From Roseibium sp. (lineage in GTDB: Bacteria; Pseudomonadota; Alphaproteobacteria; Rhizobiales; Stappiaceae): a stretch of DNA of 64,000 nt. Shown here one piece after another: positions 48,385 through 56,975 of this stretch. The DNA is taken from assembly GCF_965140465.1 (NCBI RefSeq), contig NZ_OZ223238.1; one strand, 5' to 3'. A model generated the notes under the pieces. The model worked only from the letters and a program-made list of their open reading frames with translations. It was not told the origin of the DNA and searched no databases. The translations under genes were made by a program, and so were the position numbers. The stretch's first letter is position 1, and every line of letters begins with the position of its first letter.

Positions 48385-49935
48385 TCAGCTTCTAGCGAGG
48401 TCAGCCAGGGGGAATGCTGCCCGCAGCGATGTGTCGGTCGCCGGATCGATTTGATGGGCTTCCTGGGAGAGAATTGACCTCACCCGTTCCGCGGCCGTGT
48501 TCAGCAGTCGCGGCTTGCCCAGTTCTTCCCATTCCTTCGGGCTGGAGCGGTTTGCCAGTTCCGGATAGACATATTCGCTCTGCATCAGCTGCAGCGTCTG
48601 GTCATGGCCGAGATAGTGACCCGGCCCGTCCAGGACAACGGAGCGGATCACGTCGATATCGACATATTCATCCTTGACCTCAACGCCCCTGACGCAGCGA
48701 AGCACCTGGCCGAGCATGTCGTTGCCAAGCACAAGCGATTCCATGCAGAACCCGAGCAGGGACGCGTGCATGCCAACAGCTTCGTAGACCATGTTCAGAC
48801 CTGAAAGTCCGGCCATGACATTGCTGATGCCCTGTTCCCAGCCCGCCTGCATGTCGGGCAGCTTGGAATCCGCTATTCCTGCAGCGGCCCCGCCTGGGAG
48901 ACCGTAAAACTTGTGCATCTGGGCGCAGGCTGCGCTCAACAAAGCCTGTTCACCGCTGCCGCCCGACATTGCGCCGGTCCGAAGATCGCTGACAAAGGGC
49001 CAGGTTCCGAATACTGCGGGATGTCCGGGCTTGACCGCGTTGACATAGACAACACCAGCCAGGCACTCGGCGACGGCCTGCACCACCGCCGTGGCAATCG
49101 GTGCCGGGGCGGTCGCCCCCGCCTGACCCGCAGACAGAAGCAGGACCGGCATGCCGGCATGGATACAGGCCTCCATGACCTCGCAGCTTTCCTCGGCAAA
49201 GGTCAGTGGCGGCACGACAAAACAATTGGAATTCGACACGAAAGGCCGGGCGCGCCAGGCGTCCTCCCCACCTGCGATTTCATGCAGCAGTTTCACGCAG
49301 CGATGGACATTGGTGGCCTCGGTAAAGGAGGTCCCGATGTGCTTCGTGGTGCCGGCGCAGGCAGCATAAACCGTGTTGAGGTCCAGTTCCTGCGGGTCGG
49401 CGAATTCCCGGCAGACAAGCGGGCGCTGAAAGAAGTGGACATTGTCGAGACGCTGGACGATGCGCGCAGCATCGTAGAGGTCCTGGACGTTCGGATTTCG
49501 GTAGTTGCCGGTTTCAGGTTCCACGATGTGAACGGCGGCTCCCGCAGTTCCGAAATGAACCTTGTTGCCCTGAAGGTCGAGATCGAACTGCGGGTCCCGG
49601 CCGCACAGGGTGACTGTCTTGCTGGCTTTCGCCAGCATGTCCTCGACAAGAGCACGTGGAAACCGGATACGGCCATCATCCCCTTCAAGGGCACCGGCCT
49701 CTGTAAGATAGGCGCGTCCCGAGGCCGGAGCAGATCCCATGCCGACCTGTTCAAGCGCGTTCAGGGCAGCCTCGTGGATACGCAGCACGTCCTCGTCCTT
49801 CAGAGGCCTGTACTGTCCGCCCGGCATGCCCGGCCAGACGGGACGCACCGCCGCATCAAGCGGACGGGAACGGGCCGCCGTGCGTGCGGAACGGCCGCCG
49901 GCGCGGCGACGTTGCTTCAGTTCACTCCCGACCAT
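48385..49935 (-). CDS. MttB-superfamily methyltransferase, non-pyrrolysine class (quaternary-amine methyltransferase-like)
   Basis: 516-aa uninterrupted ORF with no internal TAG. It has the Arg-rich N-terminus typical of non-Pyl MttB homologs (RRRAGGRSARTAARSRPL) and TIM-barrel-length homology by pattern (VLRIHEAALNALEQVGM, NSNCFVVPPLTF). Confidence 0.8.
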   Translation of the reverse strand: MVGSELKQRRRAGGRSARTAARSRPLDAAVRPVWPGMPGGQYRPLKDEDVLRIHEAALNALEQVGMGSAPASGRAYLTEAGALEGDDGRIRFPRALVEDMLAKASKTVTLCGRDPQFDLDLQGNKVHFGTAGAAVHIVEPETGNYRNPNVQDLYDAARIVQRLDNVHFFQRPLVCREFADPQELDLNTVYAACAGTTKHIGTSFTEATNVHRCVKLLHEIAGGEDAWRARPFVSNSNCFVVPPLTFAEESCEVMEACIHAGMPVLLLSAGQAGATAPAPIATAVVQAVAECLAGVVYVNAVKPGHPAVFGTWPFVSDLRTGAMSGGSGEQALLSAACAQMHKFYGLPGGAAAGIADSKLPDMQAGWEQGISNVMAGLSGLNMVYEAVGMHASLLGFCMESLVLGNDMLGQVLRCVRGVEVKDEYVDIDVIRSVVLDGPGHYLGHDQTLQLMQSEYVYPELANRSSPKEWEELGKPRLLNTAAERVRSILSQEAHQIDPATDTSLRAAFPLADLARS

Positions 49936-49982
49936 GAGTCTCCTCCAAAATCATGTCAAAGAGAAATCCAGTTTTTAGTGGC

Positions 49983-52424
49983 TCACGCCCGTATGCGCGC
50001 GTTTTCCGGATCCCAAAGCGGTGCATCCGCCTGAACTGTCGCCTTGCAGAGCTTGCCGTAGATTTCCACCTCGAGCTCTGTTCCCGGCTCCGCCAGGTCC
50101 GCACGAACCATGCCCAGCGCGATCGAGGCATTCACCCGGTATCCCCAGCCACCCGAGGTGACTTCGCCGACGAGATCGCCACCTTGAAGGATTGCCGCCA
50201 TGTAGGGGGCGTCGCAGTCTCCGGCATCAACCAAAAGGGTGACAAAACGCTTTTTCGAACCCTGCTGCCTTTCGTTCATCAAGGCCGATTTGCCCGGGAA
50301 ATCCTGCGGCTTGTCCAGCTTGACGAAACGATCGAGCCCCCCTTCAAGAAGCGAGTAGTCCGTGGACAGGTCTCCCTTCCAGGTGCGATACCCTTTTTCC
50401 AGCCGCAGCGCATTGAGGGCATACATGCCGAATGGCCTGGCACCGGCCTCCAGGATCGTTTCATAGATGAGCGGCATATCCTTAAAACTTGCATGGACCT
50501 CCCATCCGAGTTCCCCGGCAAAGGACACCCGCACGAGCATCGCTTCTTTTCCTGCGACCTTCGCCTCCTGATGGGTCAGCCAACCGAGCGACAGATCGGC
50601 GTCGGCAATCTTTTCGAAGAGCTCCCTCGACTTTGGACCACTCACGATCAGGGTCGACAGGTCCAGTGTTCTGTCGACAAGCTCCAAACCGTCAACAAGA
50701 TTGAATTTCAGCACTTCAAAGTCGTGCCACTGTGCTGCCGCGGCCGTTATCAGCGTGAACACATCCTCGTCGTGCCGGATCACCGACATTTCGGTCAGGA
50801 TGCGCCCGCGATCATCGGCAAAATAGGCAAGATTCAGACGACCCACCTTCGGCAACGCGCCGGTAATCCTGCCGCGCAGCCATTCGGCGGCACCTTCACC
50901 ACTCAGGCTGAAGCGCGAGAAACCCGGGAGATCCAGAACTCCGACGCTGTCCCGAACAGCTTCACACTCCTCGCGAATGCGTGGTTCCCAGGGACCAGAG
51001 CGCTTCCAGGTCTGGGTGGCTTCTTCCGACGTGTCGTCACCCGGCTTCGCGAACCAGTTGGCACGTTCCCAGCCATTGTAGGTTCCCATCTGGCCACCCA
51101 GCTCCAACATCTTGTCGTGGAGGGCCGATTTCTTGCGGTCACGTCCAGCCGGCCAGCTGTGATGCGGGAAGTGCATCGCGTATTCATGGCCATAGACCTC
51201 CATCGCCTTGTCGATGCAGTAGTCCTTGTCGGTATAGTCGGTGTAGCGGCGCGGATCGCAACACCACATGTCCCACTCGGTCTGGCCGTTGACGATCCAT
51301 TCGGCGGCCACCTTGCCGGCGCCACCGCCCTGGGCGATGCCGAAGGTGAAGGTGTGGGCTTCAAAAGCATTGGGGACGCCCGGCATCGGACCGATCATCG
51401 GAAGTCCGTCCGGAGCATAGGGGATCGGACCGTTGATGTTGCGGCTGACACCCTGCGTTCCAAGCAGCGGCACGCGCGCCATGGCATCTTCGATGTACCA
51501 TTCCAACCTGTCCAGGTCGTCCGGATAAAGCTGGAAGCTGAAGTCGTCGGGCATGGGATCATCCGGCCGGACCCAGGCTGCCTGGCAATTTCGCTCATAG
51601 GGTCCGAGATTGAACCCGGTGGTTTCCTGGCGAAGATAGTAGGACGAGTCGACGTCTCTGAGCAGCGGCAGCTTGCGGCCGTGTTTTTCGCTCCACGCTG
51701 CAATCTCCGGAACCGGTTCGGTCAGGAAATACTGGTGGCTCATCACGGCCGCCGGCACCGGGCGTCCTCCGTGAGGGATGAACCATTCACCGACCCTCGG
51801 CGCATAATAGCCCGCCGCGTTCACCACGAATTCGCAGCGAATGTCGCCCTTTTCGGTGTGCACGATCCATTCGCCATTTTCTCTGCTGACACCGCTGGCA
51901 GGCGTGAAGCGAAGGATCTTCGCGCCCATGGCTCGGGCACCTTTAGCGAGCGCCTGCGTGACCTGGGCCGGGTCGATGTCCCCGTCGAGCGGATCCCAAA
52001 GCCCGCCTTCCAGGTCATGTGTCTCCATGAACGGGTAGTGCTCAAGCAGCTGGTCGGGCGTGCAGACATCCATCTCAAGGCCCATGTGACGGCCCATGGT
52101 GGCGGCGTGTTCAAATTCCATCATGCGTTCATGGGAATGCGCCAGACGAACCGACCCGGTCACATGATAATTGATCGGGTAGTCGACTTCGTCTACAAGG
52201 CCCCGGTAGAGCTCCAGACCATAACGCTGCATGTTCATGACGCCGAAGCTCATGGCAAAGTTCGGACAGTTGCCCGCCGCATGCCATGTGGACCCCGCGG
52301 TGAGTTCGTTCTTTTCCAGTAGAACGCAATCCGACCATCCGAATTTGGCGAGGTGATAAAGCGTGGATACACCAACGATACCACCGCCGATAATCACGAC
52401 ACGGGCTGTAGAAGGCACAGACAT
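49983..52424 (-). CDS. Second FAD oxidoreductase / GcvT-domain fusion (dimethylglycine dehydrogenase-like paralog)
   Basis: 813-aa ORF with VVIIGGGIVGVSTLYHL...AGSTWHAAGNCPNF and a C-terminal GcvT domain (VGVLDLPGFSRFSLSGEGA, GELGWEVH). Confidence 0.85.
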   Translation of the reverse strand: MSVPSTARVVIIGGGIVGVSTLYHLAKFGWSDCVLLEKNELTAGSTWHAAGNCPNFAMSFGVMNMQRYGLELYRGLVDEVDYPINYHVTGSVRLAHSHERMMEFEHAATMGRHMGLEMDVCTPDQLLEHYPFMETHDLEGGLWDPLDGDIDPAQVTQALAKGARAMGAKILRFTPASGVSRENGEWIVHTEKGDIRCEFVVNAAGYYAPRVGEWFIPHGGRPVPAAVMSHQYFLTEPVPEIAAWSEKHGRKLPLLRDVDSSYYLRQETTGFNLGPYERNCQAAWVRPDDPMPDDFSFQLYPDDLDRLEWYIEDAMARVPLLGTQGVSRNINGPIPYAPDGLPMIGPMPGVPNAFEAHTFTFGIAQGGGAGKVAAEWIVNGQTEWDMWCCDPRRYTDYTDKDYCIDKAMEVYGHEYAMHFPHHSWPAGRDRKKSALHDKMLELGGQMGTYNGWERANWFAKPGDDTSEEATQTWKRSGPWEPRIREECEAVRDSVGVLDLPGFSRFSLSGEGAAEWLRGRITGALPKVGRLNLAYFADDRGRILTEMSVIRHDEDVFTLITAAAAQWHDFEVLKFNLVDGLELVDRTLDLSTLIVSGPKSRELFEKIADADLSLGWLTHQEAKVAGKEAMLVRVSFAGELGWEVHASFKDMPLIYETILEAGARPFGMYALNALRLEKGYRTWKGDLSTDYSLLEGGLDRFVKLDKPQDFPGKSALMNERQQGSKKRFVTLLVDAGDCDAPYMAAILQGGDLVGEVTSGGWGYRVNASIALGMVRADLAEPGTELEVEIYGKLCKATVQADAPLWDPENARIRA

Positions 52425-52448
52425 TCCAATGACCTTTTATAAGAGCTG

Positions 52449-53006
52449 TCAGTAAACAGGCGGGGAAATCACCCAGACGGCTACGGCCGGCTCCGAGTAG
52501 GGATTTTCCCAGCGATAGGAGGATTCGCGAATGCGGAAACTGTCGCCCGCTTCGATCGTGAATTTTTCGTCGTCCAGCCAGACATCGAGTTTGCCGGACA
52601 CCAGATAGGCGACTTCCTGCGTCGGACGCGAAATCGGGTCCGTTCGGCGCGAACCGGGCTGGAATGTCGAATGGATCATTTCGAAACTGTCGGTCAGGTC
52701 AGGAGAAATCAGGGTTTCGACCAGGCCCCTGTCCCGCTCTCCGATCACCCGCCTGGACCCGGCGCGCACAATCCGGCCCTGTTCGTTCTCCGGCGCATCC
52801 GTGCTGCCGAAAAAGAGCGACAACTGAACACCGAAGATATCGGCAATCTGTTTGAGATCCGACATGCGCGGCACGGAAATGTCGCGTTCAACCTGAGACA
52901 GCCAGCCAACAGATCGGCCGAGCCGCTGAGCCAGCTCTTCAAGGGTCATTTTCCGGGTAATTCTGAGAGCCCTCAGGTCCTCACCCAAACTGCCAGTTTC
53001 AGCCAT
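52449..53006 (-). CDS. XRE-family HTH regulator with a C-terminal cupin sensor domain
   Basis: 185-aa ORF with the HTH LRALRITRKMTLEELAQRLGRSVGWLSQVERD and a cupin barrel (EVAYLVSGKLDVWLDDEKFTIEAGDSFRI). It is the first gene of the operon containing the DMGDH-like and MttB genes. Confidence 0.85.
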   Translation of the reverse strand: MAETGSLGEDLRALRITRKMTLEELAQRLGRSVGWLSQVERDISVPRMSDLKQIADIFGVQLSLFFGSTDAPENEQGRIVRAGSRRVIGERDRGLVETLISPDLTDSFEMIHSTFQPGSRRTDPISRPTQEVAYLVSGKLDVWLDDEKFTIEAGDSFRIRESSYRWENPYSEPAVAVWVISPPVY

Positions 53007-53017
53007 TGCGATCCGCT

Positions 53018-53030
53018 CGTGAAAATTTCA
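53018..53030. promoter_or_regulatory. Palindrome GTGAAA-A-TTTCAC immediately upstream of the XRE-cupin gene
   Basis: Perfect 6-1-6 palindrome, 12 bp from the start codon, followed by TTTCAT-N8-ATGAAA (53037-53056). Candidate autoregulatory operator. Confidence 0.35.
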
Positions 53031-53135
53031 CCGATAATTTCATGCAGAAAAATGAAAAAATCAACGAAAATCTCACGAAGCCAAGCCGGCGCGCGAAATG
53101 CCTTCCAAAACGTCAGCCAAGCAGACGATCCGGGC

Positions 53136-54602
53136 TTAGCCGGCTTTGCCCAATTCCTGCGCCAACAAGGAGATTCCACCGGGTATGCGGGCAGCCGCGA
53201 TTGAGGAGTACGCCAGCCGGTAGAACCCGGGCTGTTCCTGGTCGCTTGCGAAGAACGCCCGGCCTGGCTCGATCAGCACACCATGCTTGCGCAAGCGCAT
53301 GGCGAGTTCGGAACTGTCGACGCCTTCCGGCGCCCGCATCCAGAAGGAAGACCCGCCAAACGTGTCCTGTTCAGACTGGAACAGGCCGTGTTCCTTCATG
53401 CTGTATTCCATGGTCGACCGGCGCTTGCGGTAGGTTCGGCCCATCCGCGTGATCTGGGCGTCATAGTGGCCGAGGGACAGGAAATAGGCAGCCGTTCGCT
53501 GGATGAGCCCGGGAGGATGGCGAAGGACAAGCGAACGCAGGGCGCGCGCCTCGCGAATGAAAGGTTCGGATGCAACGATGTATCCGAGCCTCAGGCCGGG
53601 GAACATCGACTTGGAAAAGGAGCCGATATAGATCACCGACCCGGTCGGATCGATCGACTTGAGAGCCGGGGACGGCGATTTCAGAAACGAGATTTCGAAT
53701 TCATAATCGTCCTCGACAATGATGAAACCGTCTCTCGCGGCCCGCTCCAGCAAACGCTTGCGCCGGTCGAACGGCATGGTGGCATTGGTCGGGCAGTGAT
53801 GACTTGGTGTCGTGAACACCACATCCAACGCCTCCGGCAGGTCCTCAGGTGGCAGACCGGAACCGTCGACATCCACCGAAACGGTGTTGCATCGTGTTTG
53901 CGCGAGGATCTGGCGCAGCCCTGGATAACAGGGGTTTTCCATCACCGCGGTTCGCCGCTGAGTCAGCAGGATCTGGGCGGTGATCCAGAGCGCGTGCTGG
54001 GCGCCCATGGTGATCAGGATTTCTTCCGGCTTGGCGTTGATGCCCCGTCGCGGCAGGATCTGGCGCAGGATGAACTCGACCAGCATCGGGTCGTCCCGCT
54101 CGTAATAGTCGGTCGCAAGCGTATCGAAATCCTTGCGCCCAACCGCTTTCAACGCACAATTGCGCCAATTGTGGTGGTCGAACAGTCTTGGATCGAACTG
54201 CCCGTAGATAAAGGGATACTTGTAGTCCCTCCAGTTTTCCGGGCGGACCAGCGTGATGTGCTCGGAGAAGCGCTGGCCGATGGTGCGGGACCAGTCGACC
54301 TGGGACCTGTCGGCCTGATCCGGCAGATCGAATGTTGGACGGCTCGGTGCCGTTTGGGCGACGAAATAACCGGACCGTCCCCGGGATTCCAGATATTCAT
54401 TGGAGACCAGTTCCGTATAGGCGATCGTGACCGTGATCCGTGCGATGCCGAGATGCTTGGCCAGCTTGCGCGTGGAGGGCATCTTTTCACCCGGCAGGCA
54501 TCTGCCGGACAGGATCGCCTCGACGACCAGTCGCTGGATCTGCTGCTGCAGCGTCGTCTCATTGTCCGGCTTGATGAAGAACGTTTCGGCAGGAATTGCC
54601 AT
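53136..54602 (-). CDS. tauR: MocR/GabR-type regulator (GntR HTH fused to an aminotransferase-fold domain), TauR-like
   Basis: 488-aa ORF with the N-terminal wHTH LQQQIQRLVVEAILSGRCLPGEKMPSTRKLAKHLGIARITVTIAYTELVSNEYLESRGRSGYFV and a fold-type I PLP domain (YIGSFSKSMFPGLRLGY). It lies next to tauABC and is flanked by CTGGAC(C/T)TA repeats. Confidence 0.8.
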   Translation of the reverse strand: MAIPAETFFIKPDNETTLQQQIQRLVVEAILSGRCLPGEKMPSTRKLAKHLGIARITVTIAYTELVSNEYLESRGRSGYFVAQTAPSRPTFDLPDQADRSQVDWSRTIGQRFSEHITLVRPENWRDYKYPFIYGQFDPRLFDHHNWRNCALKAVGRKDFDTLATDYYERDDPMLVEFILRQILPRRGINAKPEEILITMGAQHALWITAQILLTQRRTAVMENPCYPGLRQILAQTRCNTVSVDVDGSGLPPEDLPEALDVVFTTPSHHCPTNATMPFDRRKRLLERAARDGFIIVEDDYEFEISFLKSPSPALKSIDPTGSVIYIGSFSKSMFPGLRLGYIVASEPFIREARALRSLVLRHPPGLIQRTAAYFLSLGHYDAQITRMGRTYRKRRSTMEYSMKEHGLFQSEQDTFGGSSFWMRAPEGVDSSELAMRLRKHGVLIEPGRAFFASDQEQPGFYRLAYSSIAAARIPGGISLLAQELGKAG

Positions 54603-54604
54603 AT

Positions 54605-54636
54605 CTGGACTTAACCTCTGAACTGGCTGGACCTAG
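54605..54636 (+). promoter_or_regulatory. Pair of TauR-type direct repeats abutting the tauR start
   Basis: CTGGACTTAA (54605-54614) and CTGGACCTAG (54627-54636), 22 bp start to start. The first repeat begins 3 bp from the tauR ATG. Confidence 0.55.
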
Positions 54637-54917
54637 AGGCTATCCCATCGGAGCGATTTGGCAATCAGTGAAATTCGAAAAATGCCTGGCGCGGCCAGAG
54701 CTTGTGAAAGGAGACCACAATCCCCGCAATTCGGCTCGATTTCCCGTGTAGCGCGCCCCCGCCAGAGGCGCGGAAGCGCACTTTTGTCATTCCGGCAAAC
54801 ACAAAGGTTTACATGGATTTTGCATCCCCCAAGACCAGACCAACAGGTCAAAATTCGCCCGCTTTTTCAGCAATACCTGCTCAATTTAATACCAGGCGCC
54901 CAAATTCCCGAGTACGT

Positions 54918-54950
54918 ATAAGACCAGATGCGGAAATGCTGTAGGTCCAG
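54918..54950 (-). promoter_or_regulatory. Second pair of TauR-type repeats, opposite orientation, upstream of tauA
   Basis: On the minus strand: CTGGACCTAC (54950-54941) and CTGGTCTTAT (54927-54918), 23 bp start to start, 139-171 bp upstream of the tauA ATG. Confidence 0.45.
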
Positions 54951-55088
54951 AGCGGCGTTTCTATTGTCACACTGCCTTTCTGCCGTAAGCATTTTCACCT
55001 GCAGATAAGTCGGCGCGCGAACGCTACGGCATCAGACGGGAAAACCTGCGGGTCTGCAAAGTAACAAGGGAACAGTGGGATACATTCG

Positions 55089-56087
55089 ATGACATCCAGA
55101 TCAAAAATATGCAGCGCATTGGCCGCCATGACCCTGCTCGGCAGCGTTCAGATGGCCGCCGCCGAGGACGAGCTGACCGTGGCTTACTTCCTTGAATGGC
55201 CGATGCCGTTCCAATACGCCAAGGTGAAGGGCCTGTATGACGAAGCACTCGGCGTGCCGGTCAAATGGGTTTCGTTCGACACCGGTACGGCAATGTCCGC
55301 GGCCATGGCTTCCGGCGATGTGCAGATTGCCGTGAGCCAGGGCGTGCCGCCATTCGTGGTTGCGACCTCCGCCGGCCAGGACCTCAAATTGACAGACGTT
55401 GCCGTGAGCTATTCCGACAACGACAATTGCGTGGTCGCGGAAGCACTGGAAATCGAGAAGGGCAACGCCAAGGAACTCGAAGGCAAGAAGGTCGGTGTGC
55501 CGATCGGAACGGCCGCACATTTCGGCTTCCTTGAGCAAATGAAGCATTTCAACGTCGACATCACCACGATGGAAATCGTTGACATGGCTCCTGCCGACGG
55601 TGCTGCGGCCTTTGCCCAGGGCAATCTCGACATGGTCTGCGGTTGGGGCGGTGCGCTGCGCCGCATGAAAGAGCATGGCAACGTCCTGCTGACAGGCGCA
55701 GAGAAGGAAGAACTCGGGATCCTCGTGTTCGACGCCATCACTGCCCCGGCTGATTTCGTCTCCGAAAACCCGGACATGATGGCCAAGTTCCTGAAAGTCA
55801 CCGCTGACGCCAATGCCAAGTGGAACGCTGGCGGCGACAAGGCTGAAATGCTGGCCGTGATCGCCAAGGATGCCGGTATGGATCCGGCCGACGCGGAAGC
55901 CTCCCTTGCCACCTTCACCTTCCCGTCGACCGAGGAAGCCCTGAGTGACAAGTGGCTCGGCGGAAACGTTCAGTCCTTCATGCTGGGTGTTGCCAATGTC
56001 TTCCTGGAGGCAGGCTCCATTCCGTCTGCACTCGAAACTTACGAGACCACGGTGGACGCAGGTCCGCTGACTGCTGCTGCGCAATAA
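55089..56087 (+). CDS. tauA: Taurine ABC transporter periplasmic binding protein
   Basis: 332-aa ORF with a signal peptide (ALAAMTLLGSVQMAAA) and NMT1/TauA-type content (LTVAYFLEWPMP, WVSFDTGTAMSAAMASGDVQIA). Confidence 0.8.
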   Translation: MTSRSKICSALAAMTLLGSVQMAAAEDELTVAYFLEWPMPFQYAKVKGLYDEALGVPVKWVSFDTGTAMSAAMASGDVQIAVSQGVPPFVVATSAGQDLKLTDVAVSYSDNDNCVVAEALEIEKGNAKELEGKKVGVPIGTAAHFGFLEQMKHFNVDITTMEIVDMAPADGAAAFAQGNLDMVCGWGGALRRMKEHGNVLLTGAEKEELGILVFDAITAPADFVSENPDMMAKFLKVTADANAKWNAGGDKAEMLAVIAKDAGMDPADAEASLATFTFPSTEEALSDKWLGGNVQSFMLGVANVFLEAGSIPSALETYETTVDAGPLTAAAQ

Positions 56088-56168
56088 TCGCCAGTCCTGC
56101 TACGCTCGGGGTGGCGCTTACCGCGTCACCCCGGTTTTTCTTTATCTCCCGGCAGCAGGGGACCTAAT

Positions 56169-56975
56169 ATGGACGGCGTTCATATCGAGAATATTTCCAT
56201 GCGTTTCGACCTTCCGACCGGAGCGCACGTTCAAGCCCTGAAAGATGTATCCATTGAACTCGGCGTCGGCGAAATCATGTCGGTGCTTGGCCCTTCCGGA
56301 TGCGGCAAGACCACTCTCTTGAACATCGTTGCAGGCTTTCTGGCCCCGACCAGTGGTCAGGTTCGCATGAATGGACATGTGGTCACCGGGCCGGGTGCAG
56401 AACGCGGCATGGTGTTCCAGAAAGGCGCCCTCTTCGAGTGGATGAATGTCAGTCAGAACGTCGAGTTCGGACCGCGCATGAAATCCATGCCCAGGAAAGA
56501 GCGCATGCAGATCGTCGACCATCTGCTGGAGACCGTCGGACTTCAGGATTTCAAGGACAAGGCCGTCTACGAGCTTTCCGGCGGCATGCAGCAGCGTGTT
56601 GCCCTTGCCAGATGCCTTGCCAATGATCCCGATGTCATCCTGATGGATGAACCACTTGGCGCTCTTGACGCCCTGACCCGCGAAAAGATGCAGGGTCTGG
56701 TTCTCAAGCTCTGGAAGGAGACGGGCAAGACGGTCATCCTGATCACGCACTCGGTGGAAGAGGCTCTTCTACTGGGCGAAAGACTGCTGGTCATGGCACC
56801 GCGGCCCGGCCGGATCCACAAGGAATACCGGCTACCCTTTGCCGAGCGCGGTGTCGGTGCGGATCTCAGGGCCGTGAAGAAAAGCGAAGGCTTTGCCGAA
56901 ACCCGGGACGAAATCCTGTCAATGATCTGGGAAATGGAAGAGGAAATCATGGGCCGGTCGGAGACTGCAGCATGA
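56169..56975 (+). CDS. tauB: Taurine/sulfonate ABC transporter ATP-binding protein
   Basis: 268-aa ORF with Walker A GPSGCGKTT, the signature LSGGMQQRVALAR and Walker B ILMDEP. Confidence 0.9.
   Translation: MDGVHIENISMRFDLPTGAHVQALKDVSIELGVGEIMSVLGPSGCGKTTLLNIVAGFLAPTSGQVRMNGHVVTGPGAERGMVFQKGALFEWMNVSQNVEFGPRMKSMPRKERMQIVDHLLETVGLQDFKDKAVYELSGGMQQRVALARCLANDPDVILMDEPLGALDALTREKMQGLVLKLWKETGKTVILITHSVEEALLLGERLLVMAPRPGRIHKEYRLPFAERGVGADLRAVKKSEGFAETRDEILSMIWEMEEEIMGRSETAA

Noticed and set aside
49953-52322. 789-aa plus-strand ORF almost as long as the gene it overlaps
   Set aside because: The length is striking, but the opposite strand encodes a complete FAD/GcvT protein with canonical motifs. 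The plus-strand product is Arg/His/Gly/Val-rich with no motif. I treat it as a shadow ORF. Only Ribo-seq could overturn this.
54640-55088. The long tauR-tauA spacer as a riboswitch or small-RNA locus
   Set aside because: I could not find a convincing conserved structure or an intrinsic terminator by eye. The GC-rich hairpin near 54749-54772 has its T-run 9 nt away. The TauR-box pairs already explain part of the spacer's length.
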